Below the pieces are notes generated by a model. It was not told where the DNA came from. It saw nothing but the letters and a program-made list of their open reading frames with translations, and did no database searches. Shown piece by piece: positions 1 to 10,770 of a stretch of DNA of 64,000 nt. Made by a program: the position numbers and the translations under genes. Origin of the DNA: Candidatus Micrarchaeota archaeon (lineage in GTDB: Archaea; Micrarchaeota; Micrarchaeia; Burarchaeales; JACRGF01); the NCBI GenBank assembly GCA_016212395.1, contig JACRGF010000009.1, forward strand, positions 28,132-92,131. Reading direction: 5' to 3'. Every line of letters starts with the position of its first letter. Position 1 is the first letter of the stretch.

Positions 1-2
1 CA

Positions 3-518
3 GATGCTTTCGGAGCAGACATTTCAGAAGAATCAGTAAAATACGCAAAGAAAAAAATTCCGAGCGCCAAGCTGTTCGTTTCAGGGGCTGAAGACCTCGG
101 CTGTTTCCAAGACTATTTTTTCGACAAGGTGGTATGCACTCACTTGATAGAACACTTGACTGCCCCGGAAAAATGCCTGCGCGAGATTCACCGCGTGCTC
201 AAGAAAGGCGGCGTTGCAGTAGTAGAAACTCCTAATTACTTGAGCATATGGCCTTTAGGCGAATTTTTGTTCGACAAGTTCATGGCTAAGCAAAACTATT
301 CGCTGAGAGACCAGCACATTTCAAAGCTGGACTATTTCTCTCTAATCCGCCTGGTTAAAAAAACCGGTTTCAAAGTGGAGCTCGCGCAAACATTTTACGA
401 GTTTTCCCTTCCTGCCTCGTTTGTTTCAACCCGCTTGGCTTACGCCTTGTTCGGCCTGGAAAAAAGAGTGTTCGGCTTTCCATTCGGCCCGTTTATTTTA
501 TTAAAACTTACAAAGTAA
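3..518 (+). CDS. Class I SAM-dependent methyltransferase (5'-truncated by window edge)
   Basis: Frame open from base 3: FGADISEESVKYA...FFDKVVCTHLIEHL..P.KCLREIHRVLKKGG, typical Methyltransf_11 motifs. Confidence 0.85.
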   Translation, partial: DAFGADISEESVKYAKKKIPSAKLFVSGAEDLGCFQDYFFDKVVCTHLIEHLTAPEKCLREIHRVLKKGGVAVVETPNYLSIWPLGEFLFDKFMAKQNYSLRDQHISKLDYFSLIRLVKKTGFKVELAQTFYEFSLPASFVSTRLAYALFGLEKRVFGFPFGPFILLKLTK

Positions 519-530
519 ACAATTCAGGGT

Positions 531-1232
531 TTGGTGCTCTTGAAACAAAAAATTTCAATCGTCCTGCCGCTTCACAACGAGCGTGAAAACGCTGAGCGAA
601 TAATCAATGAAATCACCAGCATCTGCAAAAAACAACAGTGGGATTATGAAATCGTTCCTGTTGACGATTGCTCTAAAGATGAAACCCCCAATATTCTCAA
701 GAGGCTAAGCGGGCTGGACGCGCATATCCAGCCTGTTTACAGGACTGGAAATTCCGGAGTCGGCAGGGCGCTGCGCGCTGGCTTTGATTCTGCAAAAGGC
801 GAAATAATCGTTACTATGGACGGAGATTTTTCCCATGTGCCTGAACAAATCCCAGAGCTTGTCGACGGGCTTTCAGAGGCTGACATCGTAGTCGGGTCCA
901 GGTACTGCCCTGATGGCGCGATGGACTCTGATTTCACGAGAATACTAATTTCAAAGTCGTACAATACTCTCGCGAAACTGCTTTACGGCTTGAAAGTAGG
1001 GGATGTTACCACTGGGTTCAGGGCTCACAAGAAAAAAGTCTTGGATAAAATAGCATTGCGCGGCGAGGGCTTTGAAATCCATCCGGAAATTCCGATAAAA
1101 GCATTTCGGAAAGGATTCAAAATAGTTGAAAAGCCAATTCACTACGAAAAGAGAAAGGGAGGCAGTTCAAAACTGCGGTACTTAAAGGTAATGAACGGGT
1201 ATTTATCCGTGCTATTCAAAAATTTGCTATGA
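531..1232 (+). CDS. GT2 glycosyltransferase, polyprenol-phosphate mannose synthase (DPM1)-like
   Basis: SIVLPLHNE, VDDCSKD, TMDGDFSH, VVGSRY, DVTTGFRA motifs. Confidence 0.9.
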   Translation: MVLLKQKISIVLPLHNERENAERIINEITSICKKQQWDYEIVPVDDCSKDETPNILKRLSGLDAHIQPVYRTGNSGVGRALRAGFDSAKGEIIVTMDGDFSHVPEQIPELVDGLSEADIVVGSRYCPDGAMDSDFTRILISKSYNTLAKLLYGLKVGDVTTGFRAHKKKVLDKIALRGEGFEIHPEIPIKAFRKGFKIVEKPIHYEKRKGGSSKLRYLKVMNGYLSVLFKNLL

Positions 1233-1264
1233 TTATCAATGCATGCGTCCAGCAGTTGATTTTT

Positions 1265-2299
1265 ATGAAAGTGCTTGTCACCGGCGGTGCTGGCTTTATA
1301 GGAAGCCATGTCGCAGAATTCTACGCGCAGAAAGGCGCCGAAGTAATAGTCTTTGATAATTTAAGCAGGGGCGAACTTCTCGGAAAACCGCTTAAAAACG
1401 CAAAGTACAACTGGGACTTTCTCTCAAAGAACCGCAATGTTGCTTTGGTTAAAGGCGACGTTCGAAACTCAAGTGAACTCGAGAAAGCTGCGAAAAACGC
1501 GAATGTCATTGTACACACTGCTGCACAAACCGCTGTAACTTCATCCGTTTCAAATCCCGCGGTTGATTTTGAAGTCAATGCCCGCGGAACTTTCAACGTT
1601 CTTGAAGCTGCTAGAAAATCCGGTGCAGGAGACGTTAGCGTCGTGTATTGCTCTACAAACAAGGTTTACGGAAACAACGTGAACAACGTCGAAATCCGCG
1701 AGAAAGAAAAAAAGTACGAGTTTGCCGGAGTTGAAGGAATCAACGAACAATTCAGCGTTGATTTATGCGAGCATACGCCTTACGGCTGCTCAAAATTGTC
1801 CGGAGACTTATACGCACAAGACTACGCTCATCTTCACGGCTTGAAGACTGGCGTTTTCAGGATGAGCTGCATTTACGGAACTCGCCAGTTCGGCTTGGAA
1901 GACCAAGGCTGGGTTGCTTGGTTTGCTATCGCCGCAATCACTGGAACGCCGGTGACTATTTTCGGAGACGGGAAGCAAGTCCGAGACGTTTTATTCGTAA
2001 GCGATTTAGTCGAGTTGTTCAACTCGTTCGTTTCTTCAAGCGTGAAGAACGGAGTTTACAATGCCGGAGGCGGACCTGAAAACACGCTTTCTCTGCTTGA
2101 ACTGCTAAGCATTTTAGAGAATGAAACAGGAGTCAAGTTAAGCCCTTCTTTTGCAGGCTGGCGGCCAAGCGACCAGAAAGTCTATATTTCAGACATTTCA
2201 AAAGCAAGCAAAGAATTAAACTGGAAGCCGAAAATTTCCCCTCTTGCCGGAGTGGAAAAACTCGCAGGCTGGGTCGAAGAAAATAAAAATCTTTTTTGA
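1265..2299 (+). CDS. NAD-dependent nucleotide-sugar epimerase (CDP-paratose 2-epimerase-like)
   Basis: VTGGAGFIG, STNKVYG, YGCSK, FRMSCIYG, EDQGWVAWF, GDGKQVRD; ATG at 1265 chosen. Confidence 0.85.
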   Translation: MKVLVTGGAGFIGSHVAEFYAQKGAEVIVFDNLSRGELLGKPLKNAKYNWDFLSKNRNVALVKGDVRNSSELEKAAKNANVIVHTAAQTAVTSSVSNPAVDFEVNARGTFNVLEAARKSGAGDVSVVYCSTNKVYGNNVNNVEIREKEKKYEFAGVEGINEQFSVDLCEHTPYGCSKLSGDLYAQDYAHLHGLKTGVFRMSCIYGTRQFGLEDQGWVAWFAIAAITGTPVTIFGDGKQVRDVLFVSDLVELFNSFVSSSVKNGVYNAGGGPENTLSLLELLSILENETGVKLSPSFAGWRPSDQKVYISDISKASKELNWKPKISPLAGVEKLAGWVEENKNLF

Positions 2300-2312
2300 C
2301 GCGTAATCAAAT

Positions 2313-3035
2313 TCAAGGCGGAGGCAGTATCCCTTCCAGCATCCTGTTCGCCTTTCTGTAAGCGTCCATCGTCCCAACATCAAGCCAGTGCTTGGGATGG
2401 TAGACGAAGCCGGCGAGCTCGCCTTCCTCGGCAAGTTTCGGGAAAATAGTATTTTCTATCTTGATTTTTTTTGCAGGAATCATTTCAAGCACTTCTGGCT
2501 CGAGAATGAAATAACCTGCGTTCGCGAGGTTTGAAGGCGCGTCTTTTTTTTCAGGCTTTTCAACGAACCGAGTTATCCCGTTTCCTTTCACTTCAGCCAC
2601 TCCGAACCTCGGCACGTCTTCCCACGGGACTTTGAACAACGCGACTGTCGCAAGCTTTCCCTGCTTTTTGTGGAATGCGTGCATCTCCTCCATGTCAATG
2701 TTCGTCACATTGTCCCCGTAAGCAACAACAAGCGTTTCGTTCAAGTCCTTTTCGATTGCTATTGCTTTCAAGTCGCCTCCAGTCTCCCACCCGAGCGTTG
2801 CTATTGTCTCAAAATGCACGTGGTCGTGCGGAGTGTGCCTAATATACTCTTCAATCACTTCCCTCATGTGCGACACTGCAATAAACACGTGTGTTACATC
2901 CTTGCACGTCAAAATGTTTTCGCGCACGTAGTCTATCACAGGCTTTCCGCCCACTGGAAGCAAAGGCTTTGGAATAGCGTAAGTAAGCGGCCTCAACCTC
3001 GTTCCCTTTCCTGCAGCTAGAATTACTGCTTTCAT
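2313..3035 (-). CDS. Sugar-1-phosphate nucleotidyltransferase
   Basis: MKAVILAAGKGTRLRPLT..IPKPLLPV, FVEKP, ANAGYF, WLDVGT; start moved to MKAVIL. Confidence 0.9.
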   Translation of the reverse strand: MKAVILAAGKGTRLRPLTYAIPKPLLPVGGKPVIDYVRENILTCKDVTHVFIAVSHMREVIEEYIRHTPHDHVHFETIATLGWETGGDLKAIAIEKDLNETLVVAYGDNVTNIDMEEMHAFHKKQGKLATVALFKVPWEDVPRFGVAEVKGNGITRFVEKPEKKDAPSNLANAGYFILEPEVLEMIPAKKIKIENTIFPKLAEEGELAGFVYHPKHWLDVGTMDAYRKANRMLEGILPPP

Positions 3036-3090
3036 GCAATTCATTCTGTTTGAAAAAAGATTTAAAACACTCGTCAAGCAAAGAATGCGC

Positions 3091-4812
3091 ATGGAATCGC
3101 GTGCATTGAAAGATGTTTTTGCTGACAAGCGTGTTTTGCTTTTGCTTGTTTTGCTTGCTGCCTTTCTCGCCCGCGTTTTCTACGCTGCAAACGCCGAGTT
3201 CGGAGCAGACGAAGTTAACTATTTCGCCCGTGCAATCAATTTTTTCTCCCTCCCCCACTTGTCCACCATTGACCACCCCTCTCTTTACTTCTACCTAATC
3301 GACTCTTCCTATAAATTGTTCGGGGGAGTAAACTGGCTTTCAGCGCGTTTTCCGGGAGTGCTGCTCGGAACGCTCTCCGTTCTGCTCATCTACTTGATTG
3401 GAGAAAAGCTGTTCACTCCGCGCGTCGGTCTTGCCTCCGCGTTTTTCTCAGCTTTCTCGTTTTTCCAGGCAAAATACTCTGGAATGGGCACTATAGACAC
3501 GTTTTCTGCTTTCTTCGCGTTGCTGTGCATCTACTTTTTTTCAAGGAGAAAAGAAAACTCGTCTTTTCTTGCAGCGAGCGGGCTCGCCTTAGGACTGGCA
3601 GCAATGTCCAAATACTCTGCATTATTCATCCTGCCCGCGCTCATTGCATGGGCGTTGCTTGAAGAACGCAAGATGTTCTTTGAGCGGAAAGCACTGCTCG
3701 GCGTGTTCTTCATCCTGTTGTTCCTTTCCCCTGCAGCCATCTACAACTTTCTGCTCTTCGAGAAGGAAGGCATTCTCGATTTTCAATTCACGCGCTTGTT
3801 CAAAACTTCGAATGAAAAATTCCAAAACCTCGCCGGAATAAACGAGGGGTTCGAGTTTGGAAAACTGCCGGGTGGAATCGCTTCAGTTTCAGTACTGTTC
3901 GCCTCTTTCTTTCCAATAATTTCCCTGCTCGCGCTTGCAGGAATTTTTTTCAAGCAGCATGATGCAAACCTTCGTTTCCTCGCAGCGTGCTTTTTATTTC
4001 CCTCCTTTTTCTTTGCAGGCATCGGGTTTCAATCCTTTTACTTTCAACTGGCCGTTCCCTTCCTCTTCCTGATAGCAGGAGTTGGGTTGAATGAAATTGC
4101 TGATTCGTCTTTAAAACAAAAAAATTCAACAACGCGCGCCTTGCTTCTTGTTCTTATTATTTTTGCCTGCGTTGAATTGCTTCTCGCGTCAAACGATTTT
4201 GCTGGTTTGGAAAAGAGCGCAACCCTGCAGTTGCGCGATTACGCGCGCAACATTCCTGAAAACGCGCTCGTTGTTGCAGACCACCGCATTTACTTGGGAC
4301 GAATGGCGTGGGCGCTTCACGACAAGCACTACATTTCAGTAGTAGACGACAAGTACCTGGCAATGGCTTTAGATTACCCCGGCACTCCAGAGCCAATCCG
4401 CATTTTCTTCGTAGAATGCACTAAAAAAGAATGCGGCTGGCGCAAAGGCCTGTTGAACGATTCAATCGCTCAAAGAAAGATAATGTCCATCTTCGAGTCT
4501 GCCGCAATATCCCAGCACGTTATTTTTGAAGACGGAAAGCCGGCTTACACTGTGAAAGACTTGGGCACGTTCATGTTCAAGCCAAACATTCTCGTAGCTG
4601 CGGACGCGACTCACTGGAATTACTTCTACCCCGTAGGCTGGAGGAATGAAGACGATTTTTACATTCGCGACTGCATCGACTGCTTCAAAGACCTTCAGCC
4701 TGAAAGAAAAGCGTTGCAGGACTTCGGCATGCTAATCGTTTACGCGGGAATTGCGAGTGCATTCGCATCTATCTTTTACTTGCTCGTAAAAATAGTCAAA
4801 TTTTTTGTTTAA
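3091..4812 (+). CDS. GT-C fold membrane glycosyltransferase (ArnT/PMT, GT39/83-like)
   Basis: DE..Y motif, DHPSLYFY, ARFPGVLLG, GLAAMSKYS; many TM segments. Confidence 0.8.
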   Translation: MESRALKDVFADKRVLLLLVLLAAFLARVFYAANAEFGADEVNYFARAINFFSLPHLSTIDHPSLYFYLIDSSYKLFGGVNWLSARFPGVLLGTLSVLLIYLIGEKLFTPRVGLASAFFSAFSFFQAKYSGMGTIDTFSAFFALLCIYFFSRRKENSSFLAASGLALGLAAMSKYSALFILPALIAWALLEERKMFFERKALLGVFFILLFLSPAAIYNFLLFEKEGILDFQFTRLFKTSNEKFQNLAGINEGFEFGKLPGGIASVSVLFASFFPIISLLALAGIFFKQHDANLRFLAACFLFPSFFFAGIGFQSFYFQLAVPFLFLIAGVGLNEIADSSLKQKNSTTRALLLVLIIFACVELLLASNDFAGLEKSATLQLRDYARNIPENALVVADHRIYLGRMAWALHDKHYISVVDDKYLAMALDYPGTPEPIRIFFVECTKKECGWRKGLLNDSIAQRKIMSIFESAAISQHVIFEDGKPAYTVKDLGTFMFKPNILVAADATHWNYFYPVGWRNEDDFYIRDCIDCFKDLQPERKALQDFGMLIVYAGIASAFASIFYLLVKIVKFFV

Positions 4813-5713
4813 ACCATTCTATTGTTTTCTTCAGCCCTTCGTCCAGCTCGACTTTCGGCTGCCAGCCTATTGCTTTTTTTATTTTTGTTATGTCCGGCTT
4901 TCGTTTTTTCGGGTCGTCTTGAGGCAAAGGCTTGAAAACAATTTCAGACTCTGATTTCGTCATCTGTTTTATTCTCTGCGCGAACTCGAGTATAGTGTGC
5001 TCTTCAGGATTCCCGGAGTTGAACGCTTCCCCTGAAAACTTCGAGTTCATCAGCTTCACGAGCGCTTCCACCTGGTCGCTCACAAAGCAAAAGCTTCTCG
5101 TTTGCTTTCCGTCTCCATACACTGTAATCGGTTCGCCTCGCAGCGCCTGGCCCACGAAATTCGGCACTACCCTGCCGTCATCAAGCCTCATTCTTGGGCC
5201 GTACGTGTTGAAAATCCTTGCAAGCACTACGTTCGCGAGCTTTTTAGAGTGGTAAGCGATGCACAATGCTTCAGCATACCTTTTCGCCTCGTCATAGCAC
5301 GAGCGAGGTCCTATCGGGTTCACGTTTCCAAAATACGTTTCAACCTGCGGGTGCACTTGCGGGTCCCCGTACACTTCGCTCGTTGAAGCGTGAAGCATGC
5401 GTGCGTTGTTCTTCCTCGCGCACTCTAAAACATTCTGCACTCCAACAGAACCTACTAACAGCGTTTCAACAGACAAGTTCCGGTAATCAACTGGGCTTGC
5501 AGGAGACGCGAGGTTGTACACCTGCTCGCACTTCACTTCAAATTGCTTCGTGACATCCTGCTTTACAAACTCGACGTTCGCAATCCCTTCAACGTTCTCC
5601 TTTCTTCCAGTAGAAAGATTGTCCACGCAAATTACTTTGTTCCCCTCGCCTGCAAGCCGTTCGCACAAATGAGAGCCAATAAAGCCCGCACCGCCAGTCA
5701 CTAAAATTTTCAC
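4796..5713 (-). CDS. UDP-glucuronate decarboxylase (UDP-xylose synthase) family
   Basis: TGGAGFIGSHL, LASPASP, STSEVYGDP, GNVNPIGPRSCYDEAKR, RIFNTYGPRM, DDPKKRKPDI. Confidence 0.9.
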   Translation of the reverse strand: MKILVTGGAGFIGSHLCERLAGEGNKVICVDNLSTGRKENVEGIANVEFVKQDVTKQFEVKCEQVYNLASPASPVDYRNLSVETLLVGSVGVQNVLECARKNNARMLHASTSEVYGDPQVHPQVETYFGNVNPIGPRSCYDEAKRYAEALCIAYHSKKLANVVLARIFNTYGPRMRLDDGRVVPNFVGQALRGEPITVYGDGKQTRSFCFVSDQVEALVKLMNSKFSGEAFNSGNPEEHTILEFAQRIKQMTKSESEIVFKPLPQDDPKKRKPDITKIKKAIGWQPKVELDEGLKKTIEWFKQKI

Positions 5714-5791
5714 TCAACATCACCACACATTAAATAAACAAAAATGAACTCAGCGTGCATTTCTCATTTTTTTTTCTTCTTTCCCCTCTGC

Positions 5792-7111
5792 TTACTCGTT
5801 TTTCATTCCAACTCCGTAATACTTGAATCCGCTTGCCTTCGCTTTTTTTGCGTCTATAATTCTTCTCCCATCAACTATTACTGCCTGCTTCATCGTATTT
5901 TTTGCTTTCTGCAAGTCCATTTCTCCAAACTGCTTCCACTCTGTTACTACAAGCATTGCATCAGCGCCATTCACGCAATCGTACTCATCTTTCGCATACA
6001 CTATTCCTTTCAACGTTTTCTTTGCGTTCCCCATTGCTTCAGGGTCGAATGCAGTTACAATCGCTTTTTCTTCCAACAGCCAGTTGATTATGCGTATCGC
6101 CGGAGCTTCGCGAATGTCGTCAGTGTCAGGCTTGAACGCTATCCCAAGCACTGCAATCTTTTTCCCATTCAAATCCCCGAGCGCTTTCTTCAAGTAATCA
6201 ATCGCCTTCTTCGCCTGCTGCTTGTTCACTTTCACCACGCAGTCAAGCAGTTCAGGCTCGCAACCATTTTGTTTCGCAACATGCCTTAACGCGTCAACGT
6301 CTTTAGGAAAACACGAGCCCCCGTAACCCAACCCTGCATTAAGAAACTTCGGCCCAATTCTGCTGTCCAACCCTATTCCTTTCGCAACGTCAAGCACGTC
6401 TATCTCGAGCTTTTCGCAAACGTTCGCAATCTCGTTGATGAAACTGATTTTCGTCGCGAGGAAAGAGTTGCTTGCGTACTTAATCATTTCCGCAGTGCGC
6501 AAGTTCGTGCGCATTACTGAATGCTTTCCCTCGAAAGGCGCGTATAATTTCGCAACTATCCCAACATCCTTGTCGCTCAACCCGCCAATCACTACTCTGT
6601 CAGGCTCCATAAAATCTTTCACTGCGTTCCCTTCCCTTAAAAATTCCGGGTTCATCGCAACTCCAAAGCCCTCCCCTGCCTTTTTCCTGCTTTCCTTCTC
6701 CAAAATCGGAATAATCGACTCGCTCGTGCCAGGAGGCACAGTGCTCTTCACCACTACGACGTGGTACTCTTTTTTTCCAGCAATCGCCTTTCCTATTCCT
6801 TCAGCTGCTTTCCTAATGAACGACAAGTCGCTGCTCCCGTCTTCCTTAGGAGGAGTTCCTACACAAATAAAAGTAACTTCGCTTTCCAAAACTGCTTTCG
6901 CCAATTCAAGCGTTGCCTTCATCCTTCCAGCTCTCAAATTCTTTCCAATCAACTCTTCCAAGCCAGGCTCGAAAATAGGCGTTTTCCCAGCATTAATCGC
7001 ATCCACTTTCTCCTTCACAACATCAATGCACGTTACGCTGTTCCCGAGCTCGGCTAAGCACGTGCCAGTAACAACTCCCACATAGCCTGTTCCAATAACG
7101 CTTACCTTCAT
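5792..7111 (-). CDS. ugd: UDP-glucose 6-dehydrogenase
   Basis: IGTGYVG, ICVGTP, KSTVPPGT, NPEFLREG, GYGGSCFPKD, AFKPDTDDIRE. Confidence 0.93.
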   Translation of the reverse strand: MKVSVIGTGYVGVVTGTCLAELGNSVTCIDVVKEKVDAINAGKTPIFEPGLEELIGKNLRAGRMKATLELAKAVLESEVTFICVGTPPKEDGSSDLSFIRKAAEGIGKAIAGKKEYHVVVVKSTVPPGTSESIIPILEKESRKKAGEGFGVAMNPEFLREGNAVKDFMEPDRVVIGGLSDKDVGIVAKLYAPFEGKHSVMRTNLRTAEMIKYASNSFLATKISFINEIANVCEKLEIDVLDVAKGIGLDSRIGPKFLNAGLGYGGSCFPKDVDALRHVAKQNGCEPELLDCVVKVNKQQAKKAIDYLKKALGDLNGKKIAVLGIAFKPDTDDIREAPAIRIINWLLEEKAIVTAFDPEAMGNAKKTLKGIVYAKDEYDCVNGADAMLVVTEWKQFGEMDLQKAKNTMKQAVIVDGRRIIDAKKAKASGFKYYGVGMKNE

Positions 7112-7183
7112 GCTTCTACCTCTTCTGCTGAAAAATATACTACGACATTAATATTAATCAATTTATTTTGCCCATCAACATGC

Positions 7184-8167
7184 ATGAAAATTTCCTTCAT
7201 TATTCCAATTTTCAACGAGAAAGACATCATCCGCGAGTTTTTATCCCGCATGCTCGCGCAGTCACGCAAGCCTCTTGAACTCATTTTTGTGGACGAGTCG
7301 AAAGACGAAACCCCGAAAATAATCGAGGAATGCGCGAAAAAAAACCAGCACGTCCGCCTGTTTCACTTCGAAGAAAAAAAGGGCGTTTCTTTTTCAAAAA
7401 ATTACGGGGCAAAACAAGCGAGCGGAGACATCATAGTTTTCATGGATGCAGACATGTTTGCTGATGCAAACCTCGTTGAAGAAATAGAAAAAACGTTCAG
7501 CGACGAACGCATCCTGATGGCGAGCTGGAAGGATACAGGCGTCCAGCCGAAAACGTTCATTGCGAAATGCTATTTCGTGCGCGCGCGCTATTACGGGGAA
7601 ACGCGCAAGGACGTAAAGCAAGTTTACGCGCCACGCTGTTACCGCAAGAAAATATTCGAAAAATTCAACGGATTCGACGAGAAGCTAAAGTACTACGAAG
7701 ACGTGGAACTAGGCGAGAGAATTGCGAAAAGCGGGCTCGGATTTTCAAAAAAAGCTGCCAACGAAGAGCTTTCAAGCGGAAAAAGCGTTGCAGTAATAAA
7801 CGCTTTCGTAGCGCACGTTGACCCTGCGAGCTTCAAGGACTTTGAAAAGCAGAACGCGTGGCTCGGAGACAGCCTGAGCTTCAGGATCCTATGGGAGAAA
7901 AGAAAAGTACTGTTCAAGCCCCTCGGGCCAGCTTACTGGGCCCTGTTCTTCTCGCTCTTCGCATTAAGTTTTCTCCATTCCGCCTTCTTTTACGCTTTTC
8001 TCGCAATGCTCGCAAGCGTTTTATTCGAATTCACCCGATGCGTCGCAATAACCAAAACCATCCTTCCAAGCGCAGGCTTTATCGCTTTAAGCGCGCTGAA
8101 AGTGTTCATCACTGCATTCGCTTACGCAAAAAAACTGATTCTATTTCCATTCAAAAAGAAACAATAA
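7184..8167 (+). CDS. GT2 glycosyltransferase with C-terminal TM helices
   Basis: SFIIPIFNE, FMDAD, GFDEKL.YYED; hydrophobic C-terminus. Confidence 0.85.
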   Translation: MKISFIIPIFNEKDIIREFLSRMLAQSRKPLELIFVDESKDETPKIIEECAKKNQHVRLFHFEEKKGVSFSKNYGAKQASGDIIVFMDADMFADANLVEEIEKTFSDERILMASWKDTGVQPKTFIAKCYFVRARYYGETRKDVKQVYAPRCYRKKIFEKFNGFDEKLKYYEDVELGERIAKSGLGFSKKAANEELSSGKSVAVINAFVAHVDPASFKDFEKQNAWLGDSLSFRILWEKRKVLFKPLGPAYWALFFSLFALSFLHSAFFYAFLAMLASVLFEFTRCVAITKTILPSAGFIALSALKVFITAFAYAKKLILFPFKKKQ

Positions 8168-8225
8168 ATTGCGTGCGTGCACACGTTGCTTTCCACTCTT
8201 CTATTTCAAAAAAAATAATCGTCAA

Positions 8226-9704
8226 TTACTTCTTTTTTCTCACAAATCTAATAATCCTCTGCATTAATTGCTTATCCTCTTCATCAAGCAAAATCAAGTA
8301 GGCAACAGCAAACGCAAAAGGAGTTGCCGCGAGCAACACGAATGGGTTCACGTTCGCGCGCAGTTGAGACAACGCAACGGTAACCACCAGCGATATCGCG
8401 AGAGGTTTTACGACGTGCTTGCTGCTGATCTTTAGTTTAAGCAAGCAAGATGCAAGAACGAGCGACGCTATAGACACTGCTCCATACGCTACTACATACG
8501 TTATTGATGCCCCGAGAAACCCGAGTTTCGGAATGAGCGCAATGTTGAACACTATCATTAACAGCGACAGCGCGAGAGTCAGCACAGTAATTTTTTTCAC
8601 CATTGCCTTCGTGTAAAGCATGGTGGTGCTCACGTTCTGCACGAACACGAAGAATATCGCCAACGCAAAAAACTGGAGCGCCGGGACAGATTCAGCATAC
8701 CCTCTCGGGTAAATGCCCATTATTTCAGGAGCGAAGAAAACCAAGTAGAACGTGAGCGGGATGAGGAACATTGCCCCGTACTTCAGCATCCTGTCAAACA
8801 TTTTTGCCTGCACATCTCCGCGTTTTTTCGCCTCCATTTCGACAAAGAAAGAGTAGAGGAACGTTGTTGAAACAGGAATTGCCGCGAATATCGCGTTCAA
8901 AATCACTTGCGCTGCCCTGTAAAGCGCCACTTGCTCAGAGTTGCTGAAATAATTTATGAGCAAAATGTCGCTGTTCGAAAACAAGTAGCCAACGAACGCC
9001 GTGACTGCCGAATAAAACAGGAAATCGTCCACTGGCTTCGCATCCCCTTGTTTTTTCGCTTCAAGCTTTCCATTGAACAAATACAAAAATATTGCAAAAT
9101 AAACTGCAAGCGCCAGCACGAACGACAACGACACGCCAACAATCGCATTAAATGCGTTCGCTCCCATGAAATAAACCACTGCAAGCGGCACTGCCAGCTT
9201 CAATGCATTCAGGCAAAGCGACGAGAGCGAAACGAACTCGTACTTGTTCACCGCGGAAAACAAAAATCCAGCGTAATGCACGAACGTGTAAACGAACGCC
9301 GCCATTCCAATAAGCTGGAACACGAACACGAGCGACGCGTCGTGCAAAACAATTTCCGCAAGCTGGCTTGAAAAAACAAGCACGAGCGCGCAAACCACAA
9401 GCGACGCTGCAAGCTTTATTTTCAGCAGGTGCCAGAAGTAAAAACCTGCTTTTCCGTCTTTCGCGAAAAAACTCCTGCCGAAAAAACGAACGGCCGTCTG
9501 CTGAACGCCCACGTCAGACAAGTTTACTGCAAGCATAGCCAAGGCAACAAAAGTTGAAAGCAAACCGAATTCTTCCTTTGAAAGCAAGTGCGCAAACGCT
9601 ATCGTGAACGCAGCGCCGAACACTAGCACGAACGCCTGCGAGGAAACCGCGAAAAAATTCTGCTTCAAAACACGCTCAAGCATGACAAACGCTTTGCATG
9701 GCAC
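8226..9704 (-). CDS. Oligosaccharide flippase (Wzx/MOP family)
   Basis: About 14 TM segments, LSKEEFGL, NSDILLINYF, LIPKLGFLGAS; glycosylation context. Confidence 0.85.
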   Translation of the reverse strand: MPCKAFVMLERVLKQNFFAVSSQAFVLVFGAAFTIAFAHLLSKEEFGLLSTFVALAMLAVNLSDVGVQQTAVRFFGRSFFAKDGKAGFYFWHLLKIKLAASLVVCALVLVFSSQLAEIVLHDASLVFVFQLIGMAAFVYTFVHYAGFLFSAVNKYEFVSLSSLCLNALKLAVPLAVVYFMGANAFNAIVGVSLSFVLALAVYFAIFLYLFNGKLEAKKQGDAKPVDDFLFYSAVTAFVGYLFSNSDILLINYFSNSEQVALYRAAQVILNAIFAAIPVSTTFLYSFFVEMEAKKRGDVQAKMFDRMLKYGAMFLIPLTFYLVFFAPEIMGIYPRGYAESVPALQFFALAIFFVFVQNVSTTMLYTKAMVKKITVLTLALSLLMIVFNIALIPKLGFLGASITYVVAYGAVSIASLVLASCLLKLKISSKHVVKPLAISLVVTVALSQLRANVNPFVLLAATPFAFAVAYLILLDEEDKQLMQRIIRFVRKKK

Positions 9705-9709
9705 TTATT

Positions 9710-10717
9710 TTATTCTTGCGTTTTCCGTTTCTTAATGAAAAGCGAGAGCAGCAAGCCTGTTCCAACCATGTACCAGAACGTGAGCAGCCTGCCGAGCAGC
9801 ACAGCGCTTACTGCAAGCTCTTTCTCTACTCCAACGCTCATCAAGAGAAAAGAGAACGAGAATTCCTGCGCGCCAGTTCCTCCGGGAAGAGTTGAAATCA
9901 AGCCCATGAGCGTTGCAAGCGAAATCGCGCCCATGCAAAACAACAACGGGTTGCTAACGCCTAACTTCGAGAGGTCTATTCCAATTGACTGGAACGCGAA
10001 AAAATAAACAAGCGCGCTGAAAAGCCAAATCAAAACAGTGAGCGCAAGAGGAAGAACAAACGCGCGCGACAATTTCAAGCCTTCAAACAATTGCGTTATC
10101 TTATCCAAATTTTTAGATGCAACACCCTCTATTCTGCCTGCTGGCTTTTTCATTTTTATTTTCTTCATCACTCCAACCGCGATTTCAATTGTTTTTCCAG
10201 CCACTTTCATGAACAGTTTCTCCATTCTCTTGCTTTGCGAGACTGCTACGAACGCTGCAACGAACAACGCGAAGAACACTACTGGCGCGTAGAAAACAGG
10301 CGAGTTCACGTACTGAAGCGAGAGGAGAGAAAACGAAACCACCACTATCATGTCGCCCAAGCGTTCGAGCATGTTTTTGCTGAACGTTTTCGTGAACGGA
10401 AAATTGTGCGTTGACTTCAAAATAAGCGCTTTCGTTGGCTCAGCAGCCCTTCCGGGAGTAACGTTCGCGAGCGCCACTCCGAACATTTGAATCGGAAGCA
10501 ACTCCAAGTAAGAAATTTTTCCAACATCAGCAAGCAACAGCTTGAAGCGAAGCACATGAATTAGAATAACGCACGTTGCAGCCGCCAACGCTAACAGCAC
10601 GTAATTTGCGTCAGCATTCTTCAAATTCTCGAGCAATTCCTGCGGGTTTGCGTACAAGACAAGCAACGCCAAAAGCCCAAAGCTGAACAGCATGACCGCA
10701 ATCTTCGTTTTATCCAA
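9710..10717 (-). CDS. Flippase-like membrane protein (LPG synthase TM / UPF0104 family)
   Basis: NVTPGRAAE, ERLGD, LPGGTGAQE, LLGRLLTFW motifs. Confidence 0.85.
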   Translation of the reverse strand: MDKTKIAVMLFSFGLLALLVLYANPQELLENLKNADANYVLLALAAATCVILIHVLRFKLLLADVGKISYLELLPIQMFGVALANVTPGRAAEPTKALILKSTHNFPFTKTFSKNMLERLGDMIVVVSFSLLSLQYVNSPVFYAPVVFFALFVAAFVAVSQSKRMEKLFMKVAGKTIEIAVGVMKKIKMKKPAGRIEGVASKNLDKITQLFEGLKLSRAFVLPLALTVLIWLFSALVYFFAFQSIGIDLSKLGVSNPLLFCMGAISLATLMGLISTLPGGTGAQEFSFSFLLMSVGVEKELAVSAVLLGRLLTFWYMVGTGLLLSLFIKKRKTQE

Positions 10718-10770
10718 TCAATCCACCGTCTAAATACATTTTTTATCTTTTGTTTTCAGAAACAATGTTT